From Pelomyxa schiedti (lineage: Eukaryota; Protista; Evosea), in contig JAHLWZ010000693.1 in the NCBI GenBank assembly GCA_020536535.1, positions 72,981 to 136,980 on the forward strand: DNA of 64,000 bases, read 5' to 3'. Position numbers and translations under genes: made by a program. Of this stretch, positions 13,420-26,531 are shown piece after piece (the first letter of the stretch is position 1; every line of letters begins with the position of its first letter). The notes below the pieces were generated by a model, which saw only the letters and a program-made list of their open reading frames with translations, ran no database searches and was not told the DNA's origin.

Positions 13420-15997
13420 ATGGCGGGCATTCCGCCATGGGCAGAAGATGATGAAGTGGACTTGGGAAGCGTCTCTACACACCGGCAACGGCGTGGGGGG
13501 CCCGCTGCTGACTCCCACACAACAACCACCGGTGCACACAGCGAGGCATCTACAGCACACCAACAGCAGCAACCGCCGCCAACAACGACAGAGACAACAG
13601 CAACAACTACTATGGCAGCGGCCCCAACGGAAGCCAAAATCAAAGCAGGCAGTGATGCGGAGGCGGCGGTGAGGGGGGAGCTGGAGGCGCAGCAGCAGGA
13701 GGCGGAGGGGGAGGGGGACGCGGTGGAGCTGGGAGGCGGGGGTGGGGAGGGGGAGGGAGAGAGCGACGGGGTGGTGCGGGTGAGGCTGAGCGAGGCTCTG
13801 GGCATGGCGGGATACGGGAGATATCAGCGCCGCTTGTTGTTCATCGTTGGATTCAGCTTGTGTGTGGCTCGTGGTCGTGGTCGTGGTCGTGGTTGCGGTG
13901 GCTTGGGGGCAGTTTTTTTTTTTTTTTTGGGTTTTTGTTTGGACTTTGGGTTTTGGATTTGGTTTCGCTTGGGTTATGATTTGGTTTTTGTTTCTATTTG
14001 GTTGAGGTTGAACTAGTCTGTTTGGGTTTCATTTGTTCCTCTTGGATGTTTTTGCTGATTGGTGTGTGAATAGATTTGCAGATGCTTGTGAACTCATGCT
14101 TCTGCCCTGGATCCAAGTATTTTCCTTTATTATTTAAGAAACTGTTCTGCTCTTCTTCTGGTTTACTCTTACCAGCATGGTGTGGAATGTGACCCCTCAA
14201 TGAATGTCACAGACAAACAAGCTTCCTCAATATCTGCCATGGTATTTTTGGGCATGCTAACTGGTGCTGTACTCTCTGGTGTAGGTTTTTATTAATTTCT
14301 TTTTTGGGTGAGACTTAATTAATACAGTTGATCTCTGATAGCATTGGGCGTCGACCTTCCTTACTTTTTTCAACTTTTCTTGTTGCTGTATTTGGGCTTC
14401 TATCTGCAGTTTCCACATCGATTGTCATGCTTGATGCAATTCGATTTTTGGTTGGCATAGGTGTTTCTGGCACTCCAGCCGCTATAGCATTATACACAGT
14501 TTGTTGGCAGCACTTATTTTTATTCTATCATGTCAAGTAAACTTAGGAATTTTTGCCAACTGAATTCAGAGGCCAAAACTTAGTACTGTACCTAGTTTTC
14601 TTCTCTGTGGGTACATCTGCCCTTGCCATTTTCTTACACAATTAAACATTTTTTAGGATCTATTTTTGTTTCACTCCTGTCGTGGGCCACTCTTCCCACT
14701 CTTGGGTACCCACACAATCACTGAATTTTTCCAATTCTTTATAGATGGCGGTTCTTATTATTCTTCTCGGCAATACCGGCATTGATTATGCTATTCATTT
14801 CCATCCCACTGTTACCTGAATCTCCTCGATTTCTATTAGTCAAACCAGAGCAAAGGCTACTGTGTTCGTGGGGGAAACGCACTGGTATATGCACGAAACC
14901 ATGATCGGCACTTAACATGCAGCAGGTGGTCGTGCTGCATTGAACTCTCTAAAAACCGTTGCACGAGTCAACAGAAGAGCTTTGCCATCCAAAATTGAAA
15001 TTGTGCTTGATAACAGACCTCCTCTGGGAACCAAACATGATTGTATCAATCCTGAGGGAGACCGGGCCGCACCCAAAGGAAAGCTCTACACCCTTCAAAA
15101 AAGTTGTCAAAGGCTTTTGACTCCTCCACTCCTGTGCCCATTTCTTCTTCTATGCTTGTTGTTCTTCTTGATGGCCTTTCTTTATTACGGACTTGTGCTG
15201 GTATCAATCCCACTCCCACAAAAGGAAAGAATATAAATTCGAAGGGAAAAAAAGCTATCTGTGTCTCTTATTGCTGCTGACTCTCAACTTCCATTGTGTG
15301 AAGGCTCAAGTACAATTCACCAGCTCTCTAATTGGGACTACCTGCAAGTTGTTATCTCGAATGCAGCAGAGGTCAGCCACTTCCTCAACACCACCGAAAA
15401 AACATCACTTGACGCCTCACAAAAAAATAGATGCCAGGCCTAATGTTTATGTATTTACTTCTTGACCGCATCGGGCGCCGTTACACAATTTCTGTTTCAT
15501 TTCTTTTAAGTGGGATTGTTGTATCCATTCTCATTTTTCCACGTGTTTCTGGGGTCACTCAGGTTGCATATCGCATTTCATCCCTTTTTTTCCCAACTGC
15601 ACACAGTGTGTAATACTGTTCCTATCCCGAGCTTTTGCTTTGTCATTCAACCAGTCGTTATGGGTTTATACAACTGAAGTAACTACTACCCCCATTTTCC
15701 TCCTTCTAAAAAAACTGCAGGTGTTTCCTACGGCAATTCGCACAACAGCATTGGGTGTTGTCACTAGCTTTGCCAGACTAGGAGGTGTTTTTGCTCCGGT
15801 CTTCCTTGCGCATGTATTTCTTCCCTTTATGTGTAATAATAATAAATGCACCCTAAATGAAACAAAAGGTTTTCCAAGAGGGTTCAGCGGGCCATGGGCT
15901 CGTACTTGGGTCATGTGTTGCAGTTGCTTTCACGTCATGCATTGTTGCCCTGTTGCTTCCCTCAGAAACTGGGCACCAAGGCTTATTGGACACCTAA
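13420..15997 (+). CDS. SVOP: MFS transporter, SV2/SVOP-like (sugar/organic cation transporter family)
   Basis: GYGRYQRRL, SDSIGRRP, RFLVGIG, LPESPRFL, DRIGRR, VYTTEVFPTAIRTTALG..FARLGG, LLPSETG; TAA 15995-15997. Confidence 0.82.
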
Positions 15998-16177
15998 AAG
16001 GACACATTTGGCACTTTTGCAAGAACCGCCCTTGCCTGCCATGATTTTGAAATGAAATCAGGCAATCGTAAGAATGGCAGGATTGCGGTTGTGAGAAAGA
16101 TGGATCCGTCAACAATTTAGCCTAAGCCGGGCCGTTTTTGATTCTTCACGCAAAAAACAAAAAAACCAAGTGGAGGC

Positions 16178-18350
16178 ATGGCCAGCCTCGTTGCGCTTCT
16201 GTGGACTGTAATAGGAGGCATTGTGATAGGAGTGCTTCTGGCCAAACTGACCAAGAGAGGAGAGGCTGGGACGAGCCAAGAGAGGGCCCGTCGCGACAGG
16301 GAGTGCACCGGGACAGAGAGAGGGGGCAACCACGGGGAGCAGGGGCCTCTGGTGGAGACACAAGCACAGGCAGAGGCACAGGCGCAGGCAACCCCGTCGT
16401 CTGCCTATGCTTCTGCCTCGTCCTCGTGCTCATCTGGGAGTCCCGTGATGCAGGAAAATGCGAGTCAAGCTGACGGTGTGTAGCCTGTAAATTGGTCCGA
16501 CCACTCAGGAGCGGGGAGGGGGAAGGTACTTATATAGTGCGAGGGGGCGCTTGAAAGATAATTATGGGTGCTTGGGGAATCGTCATTACCTCATGTTTAT
16601 TGACTTCTGCCCATAGGGGCTCATGGTGCCTCTTTGGTTGGGGTCACAAGTGCAGGGGTTGAGCCACCTGGGTCCCATACACTTACAAACAAGAATTCGA
16701 ATTCGAGTGCTCTGCAGTCTGATTTCCCAAAGGACACTTCTGCAGGTTTTCAATTTTATTTTTTTTTTTTTAAAAAAGAAAAAAAGCCCTACACTCTGTC
16801 CACTCAACAAATTCCCACATGGGGATTGAGCTCAGGTACTTTTTGTGCTAATATTTTCTTGAAAAGAGGAACGACTCTTTGTTGGAACGAGAGATGCAGT
16901 GAAATGCTATCAGTTGGGTCCAGACACAGACTTCACAAATCTTGTAGAGATTTGGTCTTCAGCAGTTGTATGTCTCTTCTTGTAAAGCCGTTTGCAAATT
17001 CCATCTGTATGCAGACAAGAAAGGGGCCACTTACTTTGCTATGCGATCCACCGTCACTGTATATTTTCAGCCGTGGCACTATCAGCTGCTTGGCACACAC
17101 TACCGGGCAGGAACTGTGGACGGTATGAAGCTGCGTTAATAAATACTTATTCAATTTCCTATGAGAATTAGAGTGTATTTGAAGAGCTTCAGGGTAACAA
17201 TGGCGCCTCTTTAGTTATCTTCGAAAATATGCTTGTTGTAGGAGCAAATTACTCCTTGTATTTTATAGACAAGGTAACTAAACTCAGGGACACTGCTTAG
17301 CCTAATGTTACCAGTCAAATGGAACCAAGCTTTGGGAAATGCTTATAGGAAAGAGCAAGAGTAAATTTTCCAACGCAGTTGTAACCCTTGTTGAAAACGG
17401 GGTTCTTTACGCTGGCAGTTCAGGGCATGTCTCGGCAATCTGTCACCAGGGTGACAAGATGCTTGTAGGTTACTTCCTATGTAACTTCAGTTTTGTTAAT
17501 TCTGCCTCCTTATCTCTGTGGAGATGAGCTCTCTTCCCGTTCCCACAGTGAACATGGTTCATCGAGGTGTGACTCTGTCACACTGCGACACCCCAGATGT
17601 ACATGTAGTTCAAGTGGTAACACCTGGGTACTTGTTTTTCTTTTTTCATTCTTCTTTTGATCTTAATACAAGGGCACTCATATCTGTAGATTCTCGTTCA
17701 AATATACTTGGTTCTTCCATTCCAATTGATACGCTGTCTCCGGTAACACAAATTTCCTTCAAAAACGGCGTTTTCCTCTCATGGTTGACACTGAGCTGTT
17801 GTAATGTACCCTTATTCCTTTTCTTATTAAAATAGAGTTACCATTAGCAACAGGTAAAGGCATACACACGAAGCCACGACCTCGTGTGGTCCTCTCAAAT
17901 CAAAGCCTCAGGTGTGTGCCTTGGCCCTAGTTCACAGGTATCTTCACTCGTTGTAATTCCAAGCCGAGGGCTTTTCGTTGCTTCCTGTGGTGCGACTACA
18001 ATGTATAACTCCAAGAACCTTATTGTATTACGTAGGATATGTCTTTCAGCTTCTCTTGAAGACTGGAAAAATTATTAGCAAGATCAGCCTTCCTGGATGT
18101 GGATACCCCAACACATTTCTGTTCTACATCAAGAGTCATGACAAGCTTCTGGCATTGTAATTTCCTACTTGTGGTAATTATAGTAACAACAAAAACCAAA
18201 AAATTAAGCACCAAGAGCTACACGTATCTCATTGAAGGAGAGACCCCAATACCACTGAAGTACAAATGGGATGATAAATCATTTGCAACAGACACTGACA
18301 CATTAGACTTCTCAGCCTCTGGATTTCTTCACACAGGTGTATTTCAGTGA
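16178..18350 (+). CDS. Probable N-terminally anchored beta-propeller (PQQ/BamB-like) protein
   Basis: N-terminal hydrophobic helix MASLVALLWTVIGGIVIGVLLAKL; exons with blade-like motifs ERLFVGTRDAVKCY, ISCLAHTTGQELW, NGVLYAGSSGHVSAI. Joining of exon 1 to the rest is uncertain. Confidence 0.45.
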
Positions 18351-18506
18351 AATCCCCACTCACCCCGCTTCACAACCACACTGTCAACATTAATTTTATT
18401 GTTTTTGTTTTTGTTCGTTGCGTTATTTTTTTGAAATTGCCGGCACACCGGTGCCACGGAATGCCATCAAAATGAGGGGATACGAGATCATAATTTAAAA
18501 AAACTC

Positions 18507-21184
18507 ATGAAGGGGAAGAAGGGCGCCGCGAAGCAACAAAAGGCGAAGCGAGCCGTGAAAAGTGTTGCTGTGGAAGCAACAACCAGTACGACTACGACCT
18601 CCACTGCATCTAGTACCGCCGCTGCTCCTCCTGTGTCACAATCTGCCGCGTCGGTCTCTCAACCTTTTGTTGCTGATAATACGTTCGCGTTGTTGGATGC
18701 TCTGATTCCCTCGAGTGCACTAAACGGCGCAAGCATTACGGGTTCCTTGATGTGTAAGTGCTTGGGCGGCACATCATCAGCCGCCACCTCGAGTGCCTGC
18801 GTTCAACAACCAAAGTGGTTGGTCGGTGTGCCACCGTGTCTGAGTGAAGTGCTCGCAGCAAATGCTGTGGCAATGGGCCAATGCTCTATTGGGGTTCTAT
18901 CTGGTAATCGAACTTCACTTGTCTTCGGTTTTTTCCCCCACTCAACAAAAACCAGATGTAGCAGCAGACTTGGGGGAGGCAGCGGGGGTACTACCAGGTG
19001 GACTTGAGATAGTTGGAATTGCATTACCAGCTACTGTTAAATTAACCAATGACCCCTCGGGAACTGAGTCCCTGGACCTGTGTGAAAACTGCTTGAATGC
19101 AACAAAAGCGGCCATGTTGCACTCCAAGAGGCAAGTTTTTGTCACAGCCATTGTTGATGGTGTGGGGGTCGCAGTATACATGTATTCCAAAGTTGGTGTT
19201 GGTCTCCAGAAAGTTAAGCACTCTATAGCATCCAAAAACCAAATATCAGATCTACTTGTTGCCGTTAAGGCATCTTTTCAAATTCCTGTGCAGCTGTTTC
19301 TTCAGTCACCTGAACAACCAGGTACTATTCTGTTATGAATTGTATTTCTGTTAATGGCCCCATAACTCCTACACAGAGTTTAGCAGTGTTCTGCAATCAG
19401 AACTTCAACAAATAACCTGTTCCTGGCACGACAGCATGTCTTTCAAAATCAAGTAAAATTTTTGCTTGTCAGTTTTTTAACCCATTCCCAATACTTCTAA
19501 AAGTGACCTTGCACTGTCTACATCTGATACCAATACAACGACTCCTGCTAGTCATCTTAGAAACCAGGGTGAAACAGCACCTGCTAAAAGGAATACAAAA
19601 GCAAAAAGGACTGGAACCAGCCATTCAGAATCAACTGTAGAAGTTGATACATATTTGCCAATAACAATGTCCCAGAGGGGATGTGAATCACCACCATCTG
19701 CAAGCATCGGTGAGCTACTGTACTCCCCATTTCACCTAAACATTTTAGTTCCAGGGAAACCCTTCATTCGCAATATTACATTCCATATCAATGCTGTTGC
19801 TTACACAAGGTCAAGGACACCACTGCCGGAAGTTGCTAGGTTACTTAGTGCAACTGCAGCAACACAGTTAAGAAAAGGCATGTCACAAGCTGCAACACAA
19901 TTCTTTTTTGAGGCTAGTAGAGTGAATGTTGACCCTGGGACATGTGTGGTAGGTAAATACACCTTTGTAGGAAGTTATAATTACAGTTCTAAAGATTCGG
20001 GCGTACAACTTCCAACCTAAAGAGCAGTGTTTCATCTTTTCTTTGTGTTTCCCAGAGATTGATGTGGATTTAAAGTTCTGGCAAGATTGTGTGCCTTGAA
20101 TAGTTTCTATCTTGCCTAATATTCTCCAGACAGGAAACGCATACACCAACATTTCATGCTTCCTCTAAATCGACCTCTCCTACATCCAAAACTCTCTGGA
20201 CTGGGAAATACTGTCGGGAAAAGCCGTGTGTAATTACATACCAAGTACCCGCCTTTCCAACTCAATTTTCTCTTCAGTGCAGCTGATCGACCCTCACTTA
20301 CAACTTCTTTCAAGTTGAGGTTTTTTTGAGTGTAATACTATATTTAACCACAAAAAGAATCTTTTGGGAAAACCTTTAAACACTACATAATTGAGGGAAG
20401 TTATCAGTACTGGCACTACATGCACGGAATGGATGACAGGGTAACATAAAATACTTGTTATTCTCAACTGGTTTTTTTTTTTTTTCATTCTTTGTACAGG
20501 GATGGGGATGTGCCTATCGTTCCATGCAAACTTTGTGTATCAGTGCACTTACAGAGATGCAAATTAATATTCACCCCAGGTTCTTGGTTGATTTTAAATA
20601 ACTACACGACGAAGTCCATCCCATCCATTCCGGTACGCAAAGGGGAGGAAGATAAAATCTGATTTACTGCAGGAAATCCAACAAATACTTGTTGATCTTG
20701 GAGACAAAGAGCCTTCATTTGCTGGCTCTCACCAATGGATTGGCGCAGTTGAAATTAGCATGTGCTTACAGTATCTGTATTCAGTGGATTGCAAAGTGTT
20801 GCATGTGTCATCAGGATCTAACGTGAATCAATACTTGTCCCAGTTAGCAATGCACTTTCAGACCCAAGGAACACCCGTGATGATTGGTATTCCACATTAG
20901 CGTAATTTAATTCCTCACGCACGTTAGGTGGCGGAGTCTTGGCTTATACTCTCCTCGGAGTTTCCTATGACGAACTTGCCGGGGAAGGGCAGTACCTTAT
21001 TCTTGTAAGGGACTCCCCACAGTGAATGAGATAGCTTACTACATAATAGGACCCACACTACACGGGAGATGACAAGGAGGGCTCTGTACGTGATGGTGGC
21101 GGTGTTTATTGGAAAGGTTCCCAGCTCTTCCTTGCCCAAAACTTCTACAACTTTTGCCTTCCACAAAGACCCCAAATTCTCTAG
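18507..21184 (+). CDS. UFSP2: Ufm1-specific protease 2 (long form)
   Basis: GWGCAYRSMQT (catalytic Cys, about 20500), WIGAVE, TPVMIGGGVLAYTLLGV, LILDPHYTG (Asp/His), FYNFCLPQRP then TAG 21182-21184. Confidence 0.93.
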
Positions 21185-21225
21185 GAAATAAAAAAGAATC
21201 TTTCATCACAATGGCTTGGTTTTTT

Positions 21226-22181
21226 TTACATCTTCCTTAGCCAAATGACCACAGTGTTTTTTACTTGGTGCTCATTCACCACAACAAAGCCACATTGAGT
21301 CCACGCTTGCTCTGCTTGTTGGCGTTTGGGTACAAACCGGGGGCACCCGTTGGCTAGGATCAAGGACCCTCCCCCACAGAGTAGTGAACTCGAAATTCTG
21401 AACATGGGGAGGATGAAGTTTGGGTCATATATCTGTTTGTATGGTTTAGAACGAACTAAACTTAGAAAGAAGTGTGTTCTCCCACCACATCAGTTCCGAG
21501 GAGAATATCAAATGCTGCTGCCATTTCAGAGGGAACAGGGAGAGACCAGTCCAATTTGCATACATTGACTTCACAGGATTCCGGAATTCTCACAGAATTC
21601 ATTGCCACATTTTTGTTCAGTACCTCCAGTACATCTTTAGGACTGAGTAAGCGACAGAGATAGGTTTTTGTATTGTAATAAATAAATAGAACCAGAATCA
21701 AAGTCAGTGAGTACTACCTGCATTATTACTTGAATTAAAAATTCCCATTAACTTCAACACACCCTTCGAGCGTTCATCAAAGAGCACAGGATTCCAGGTA
21801 GTCCACAGCCTGCACCAAGCTCAAGCACTCTTTTCCCACCCACAAGGATAGTTCCATCACCCAACGCCGAAGCCAAAACTTTGGCACCCTAGGCATAAGT
21901 TGGAATACTGACAATGAAAAATTCGGTACCTCCCAAACAACGAGTCCAACAATAGTGTGTTGAAAGTCTTGGTTTTTGTTATGAATTATTGTGGTCGGTC
22001 GACAAAAAAAAAAAAACATTACGTAACGAAGTCCCGGTTTCATACCCGAAGGCAGACACATTAGACGCAGTTGCGCATCGCTTTGGCCATGCACAGGCAG
22101 AGTGAATAATTGTTCCTCAAGTGCAGCCTCTCCCAGCATCATCTGCGCCACGCCGTCCAATGCCCCTTCGTCGTCACTCAT
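21226..22181 (-). CDS. Seven-beta-strand protein methyltransferase (METTL21/METTL23-like, Methyltransf_16)
   Basis: VGLVVWE, VLELGAGCGLPGI (SAM motif I), VCKLDWS, FDILLGTDV; TAA 21226-21228. Confidence 0.82.
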
Positions 22182-22245
22182 TGTGCCAAATTGCGGTGTA
22201 CCGTCGTTTCCGGGAAATCATCTGGCGGGAAGAATATAAAAAAGA

Positions 22246-23354
22246 ATGGCCAGTGCTGCGCGTCCGGGTGATGAACGGTCGCGGGTGGGTGGTTTTTGAT
22301 GGGTTTTTAATATTTGCAAACCAGTAGGTTGTGTTGCTATGATTGATTGGACATGCTTGGATGAATTCCTGCTGGCTGTAATTTTGTACCAATTACCGCA
22401 TAGGAGCTTGTGAGTTACAGCAAAGACGTTTTTTTTCCCACTGCTGACAACTACTCGTATTGATGAAGGTTTCGGGCTTCCAGGGTGTGTAAGCGTTGGC
22501 ACTCAGTTATTAAGAATTTGGTCAATGATGCAGAATATTGGCACACTTTGTGTGAAGTGAGGTGCTCCGATGTTGCAGGCATAATGGCAAGGATGCCGGA
22601 GATTCCATTACAGAATGGATATCAATTCTTTTACGTGGTGTGCCGTGCAGTAAAAAAAACCTCTTCAAGCAAGCCTATATAAAGTGTAAGAAAATCTCAA
22701 TGCCACAAGAACTTTCTACGTGGACTTCAACAAGGTGTAAAATTAATGAAGGACCCGTATATCGGAGCTCCGTATTTCACCCATTCTTGGTCGTGCAACG
22801 TATGCAATTACAATTCCAAAATCCCAGTCTATCATTGTATGATGTATGTATTTTCCTAGAGTGTCACGTGGCCGTTAATGCAACATAAACAGATGCTCTG
22901 TTTATGATATGTGCCCCAATTGTTACGCTAAGGGGCGCCGAGGGAGGCACGACTGCGTGAGGATGACAGATTGGTATATTATATCCACTGTAGTGTGCCT
23001 GTTGAATATCACTTACAAAAAGGTGGTATGCAAACTATCGCCGCTATGTCACGAAACGACCTCCAACAGTTGAGGTAAGCAAATTACTCACACTGAAGGC
23101 CTCTGCATCCCAAAATACTGCAGCACGAGGTATTTGACTATCTCCAAATGCGTACTTACCTTGCACTGCACTACATCCCAAAAGACTTGATGAAGATATC
23201 GCTTAACTTTGAAGAAACTGAACCTGGGATGGAGGAATGGGACCTGAATGATGACGAAGACTGTGACGATGAAGATTTCACTGATGAGGATGAAGATTTT
23301 GAGGTAGATAGAGAACTGTCAAGCAGCAGTCTCAGTGAAGACGAGGATTCATGA
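22246..23354 (+). CDS. F-box protein with acidic C-terminal tail
   Basis: Spliced F-box LDEFLLAVILYQLPHRSL|FRASRVCKRW; WHTLC; CPNC; D/E-rich tail ending 23354. Start is either 22246 or 22339. Confidence 0.65.
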
Positions 23355-23513
23355 AGCTCTTTCTTCCTGTAACTCGTAACTTTATGGCGGAATAAAAAAA
23401 ACACCAGACCAGGTCGCCGATCCTGTTGATTATTTTATTCAGCCTGAAAGTTTACGTTTTGTTACGTTCATATTTACTTCGGTGGAAAAAAAAAACCGCA
23501 GACAGGAAAAAAA

Positions 23514-24783
23514 ATGTTGCGGCTGTGGGACCATAAGCTCGAACCGGCGGTGTTGTTGTGGGTGGTGGTTCTTTGTGTGCCGGTGTTTGGTGATTACGAG
23601 TGCGGCACCGTCGTTGAACACCTGCCAGTGTCAGAGGCCCCCGGCGTGTCTCATGGTGCCGCAGTCTCGCCACGTAGATTGGTTGTGCTGGACGTCGCCA
23701 GGAGATGGCGGGTTGACGAAGAAAACCGCGACGACGGCAGAGTTGGTGGTGAAGGTGACTCGACTCACCCGCACTACACATACGGGTTCCACAACGTGGT
23801 GGTGACGGAGCTGAAAATCGACATTGTCGACACTCCCAGCTACAACGGCGACGAGGAGACCCACAAGTGCTGCGGCGCGGTGGTCCAGCGCTGCAATGAT
23901 GGAGGAAGCGGGGCTATTTCTGGCACCGAGCACGGAAGATTGGCACTGGGGGACGGAGACATCGAAGCGAAAGGAGACTGCGCGAGGGAAGTGCACTATC
24001 ACGGCGACGCACACAGTTTCTCTGGGAGCAGTAGCGGGGAAATGGGCAAAGTCCAGTGGAAGAGCGTTGTGGAACAACCAGGAGAGGAAAGGAGGTACGG
24101 CGAGGTACTGATCATCGATAGTCTCGGAAGCGATGTGTTTGTGGATGTATATCAGGTAGTTTGACTCCCTTACATGCCGGCATGTGGGTGTTTCTGCTTT
24201 TCCTAAAGAGGATGCAAATGAATGTCATGCCCACTCACTAACTGCCTCCAAAGATTGAAAATGAATGGAAAAGACGCCCTACCAACTACCGGATTCACTC
24301 TCTTGCCGGAGTTATGGATCTCGAGAAGCCGTCCACTGAGGTTCCAAAATGGGGTTCCTTTGTGGTGGTCTCTCTTCAAATTACAAATGATTCCTTCCCT
24401 CAAACAATAAGGTTCCTCCCCTAACATTATTATTCATTCTACCTCAATATCCATAGGGCTGAAGTACCTATTCACAGCAGATACCAACCTCCTTCTAATT
24501 CCTCACACTATAAGGCAGTTACAATTCCGGCACCAGTTGTCCTCATACAATCCTTCCATGACCCCTGTTGGCAACTGCACACAGCAGAACAAGCCCTTAA
24601 AGGCACTGTTCCTGTTGGGGACCTCAATTTGCAGAGCACTGTAGCCCTTCTTACTCTTACTATAACAACTCTCGGTGCTTTGCTGTTTGTACTTCTTCTC
24701 ATGTGCGTTCCTATGGACACACCATACACCAAAAAGAAGCAGTGACCACAAGTGAGCTTCGGAACTTCTGTGGTACCAGTTAA
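23514..24783 (+). CDS. PIGX: GPI mannosyltransferase I subunit PIG-X/PBN1-like
   Basis: Signal peptide; SDVFVDVYQ, MDLEKPS, VPIHSRYQPP, VTIPAP, GTVPVG followed by TM TVALLTLTITTLGALLFVLL; TAA 24781-24783. Confidence 0.75.
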
Positions 24784-24890
24784 CTGTTTCGTACAATCAA
24801 ATCAATGGAAAAATAAAAGAGACGAGATGTTTTCTTTTATTGAATTCTTTTTTACTAGTGCATGAAAATGAAAGCTATTCAATTCCAGGT

Positions 24891-26062
24891 TTATGATGAA
24901 GAGGCAGCTGGTTTCTTGGCTTTGGGGTCCTTCTTCTCAGGAGTGCCACTAGGATCAACCCTGCTCCGTTTGGCTTGTTGCTGGGGCTTGGTTGGTTCTG
25001 CACTGGCAACAACCTCAGAAGCAGGAGTCTCTGGTTTGCGTTTCCCAGTGGCCTTTCCAGCTTCTTCTTTGGGTTTGGTTGGTGTTGGTGTTGGTGTTAC
25101 TGTGTCTGTGGCCTTCTTGCCCTTCTTGCCAGCGGGTGCTTTCGCTTCTTCTGCGGGCTTCATTGATTCGTCAGCGGAAGTTGCGGTTGTGGTTGTTTGA
25201 GTAGTTGTGGCTTCTGAGGCAGCTGCACCAGTTGTTTCAGCGACTTTAGCAGTTTTTTTAGCAAGTTGCCTTCTGCGTTTTGCTTTGGCTGCTGTAGTTG
25301 TTGAAGGCTTCTCAGCTGGCTTCTCGGCAGCTGGCTTCTTGGGGCTCTTTTGTTTGCCACCTGCCTTCTGTGGAGCAGCCTTCTCATCGGATTTTTCCTC
25401 AGGTTTCTCGGCCGATTTCTCCTCTACTTTATCAGTTGGTTTCTCTGCTGGTTTTTTGGCTGGTTTCTTGTCAGCCTTCTTGTCAGGTTCAGGTTCCTTC
25501 TCTGGTTTCTCCCCTGATTTTTCGGCTGGCTTCTCTGCTGGTTTTACGGCTGGTTTTACGGCTGGCTTCTCGGCGGGTTTGGTGGCCGGCTTCTCGGCGG
25601 GTTTGGTGGCCGGCTTCTCGGCGGGCTTCTCGGCGGGCTTCCCTGCTGGCTTGGGGGTTGTGTTGGCTCCACCCTTCTTCTTTCCCTGTTTAATGTAAGA
25701 AAAGAAGCAGTGGGTGTTGAGGGAGTACCTTGTAGAGAGCACCCTGTGTTTTCTCAGCCTACGTGACAGTTAAAACTACTCATTGAATAATTTCATTTTT
25801 TTTTTTACAGAAAAACTGAAAAGGAGAAGGCTCTAACAAGAAGACAAGCTTCTCTCCTAAATACAACAATTTGACTTACAAATATATATATCACACAACA
25901 ACAAACCTCGGTCATGCACGAGGTGTGACCCTTCACTGTTTGTAAATCAAAGTCCTTGTGGCAATCAATGCAAACGAAGTGGCCGCGGCATTGCTGCCCG
26001 TGTGACACTGTCTGCGGTTTCTTGATGGTGTCGTGGCATACGGTGCATTCAAACGACGGCAT
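24891..26062 (-). CDS. LYAR: LYAR-type C2HC zinc finger nucleolar protein with K/P/A/E-rich tail
   Basis: MPSFECTVCHDTIKKP..H..C..FVCIDCHKDF..HTSCMTE|AEK.QGALYK; long low-complexity exon to stop 24891. Confidence 0.88.
25520..25650 (-). repeat. Coding 12-nt tandem repeat (AEKP/ATKP/AVKP) within LYAR
   Basis: Repeated ggcttctcggcg / ggtttggtggcc / ggttttacggct units on the + strand. Confidence 0.8.
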
Positions 26063-26531
26063 GTTCTTGGTTATGGGTTGGTCACTGTCTGTAAATGGTG
26101 CGTAGAAGAGACGCCGCAACGTGGTGGGCTTTGTTGTGTAATGAACAAGATAAAGATTGATGGGGGAAAAGGGAGAGGAAAACAAAAAAGCTTTAATATC
26201 GGGTTTCTGCAACTGCGAGGGATCTACAGAGGTTGGTGTTCGCAGGAATTTCGTATCGAATCAAGAAAAATCTCAGCCCTCTTCGTTGGCCAGCACATGA
26301 GGATGACCCGGGAATTCTGAGTACCCGGAAGCCTATGGTATCCCGCCTGATCTGCAGGAACCTCATCTTGCACTTCCTTTCCTGTTACCATCTGTTCTTT
26401 TCGAAGTTCTGTTCCTTGCATTTTCCTCTTTCCAGTGATTCCTGGTTACGGTAATCCCCATAACATAACAACCCAGAAAAGACCGACACAGGGCAAGGCA
26501 CACCCAAGTGTAATCTTCCATAAATCCAGAA

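Noticed and set aside
13863-13893. (GTGGTC)n run and long poly-T tracts as a repeat array or CRISPR-like feature
   Set aside because: These are short intronic microsatellites and polypyrimidine tracts with no spacer structure; the DNA is eukaryotic.
22459-22466. In-frame TGA TGA just before RFRASRVCKRW in the F-box gene as possible Sec or readthrough
   Set aside because: A GTGAG...AAG intron removes them and restores a clean F-box (HRSL|FRASRVCKRW).
24862-25698. Long + strand ORFs here and similar overlapping ORFs at 29958-30476, 32546-32995, 35041-35772, 45956-46429, 49755-50162 and 56331-57139
   Set aside because: They are antisense or alternate-frame shadows of low-complexity or GC-rich coding sequence with few stop codons.
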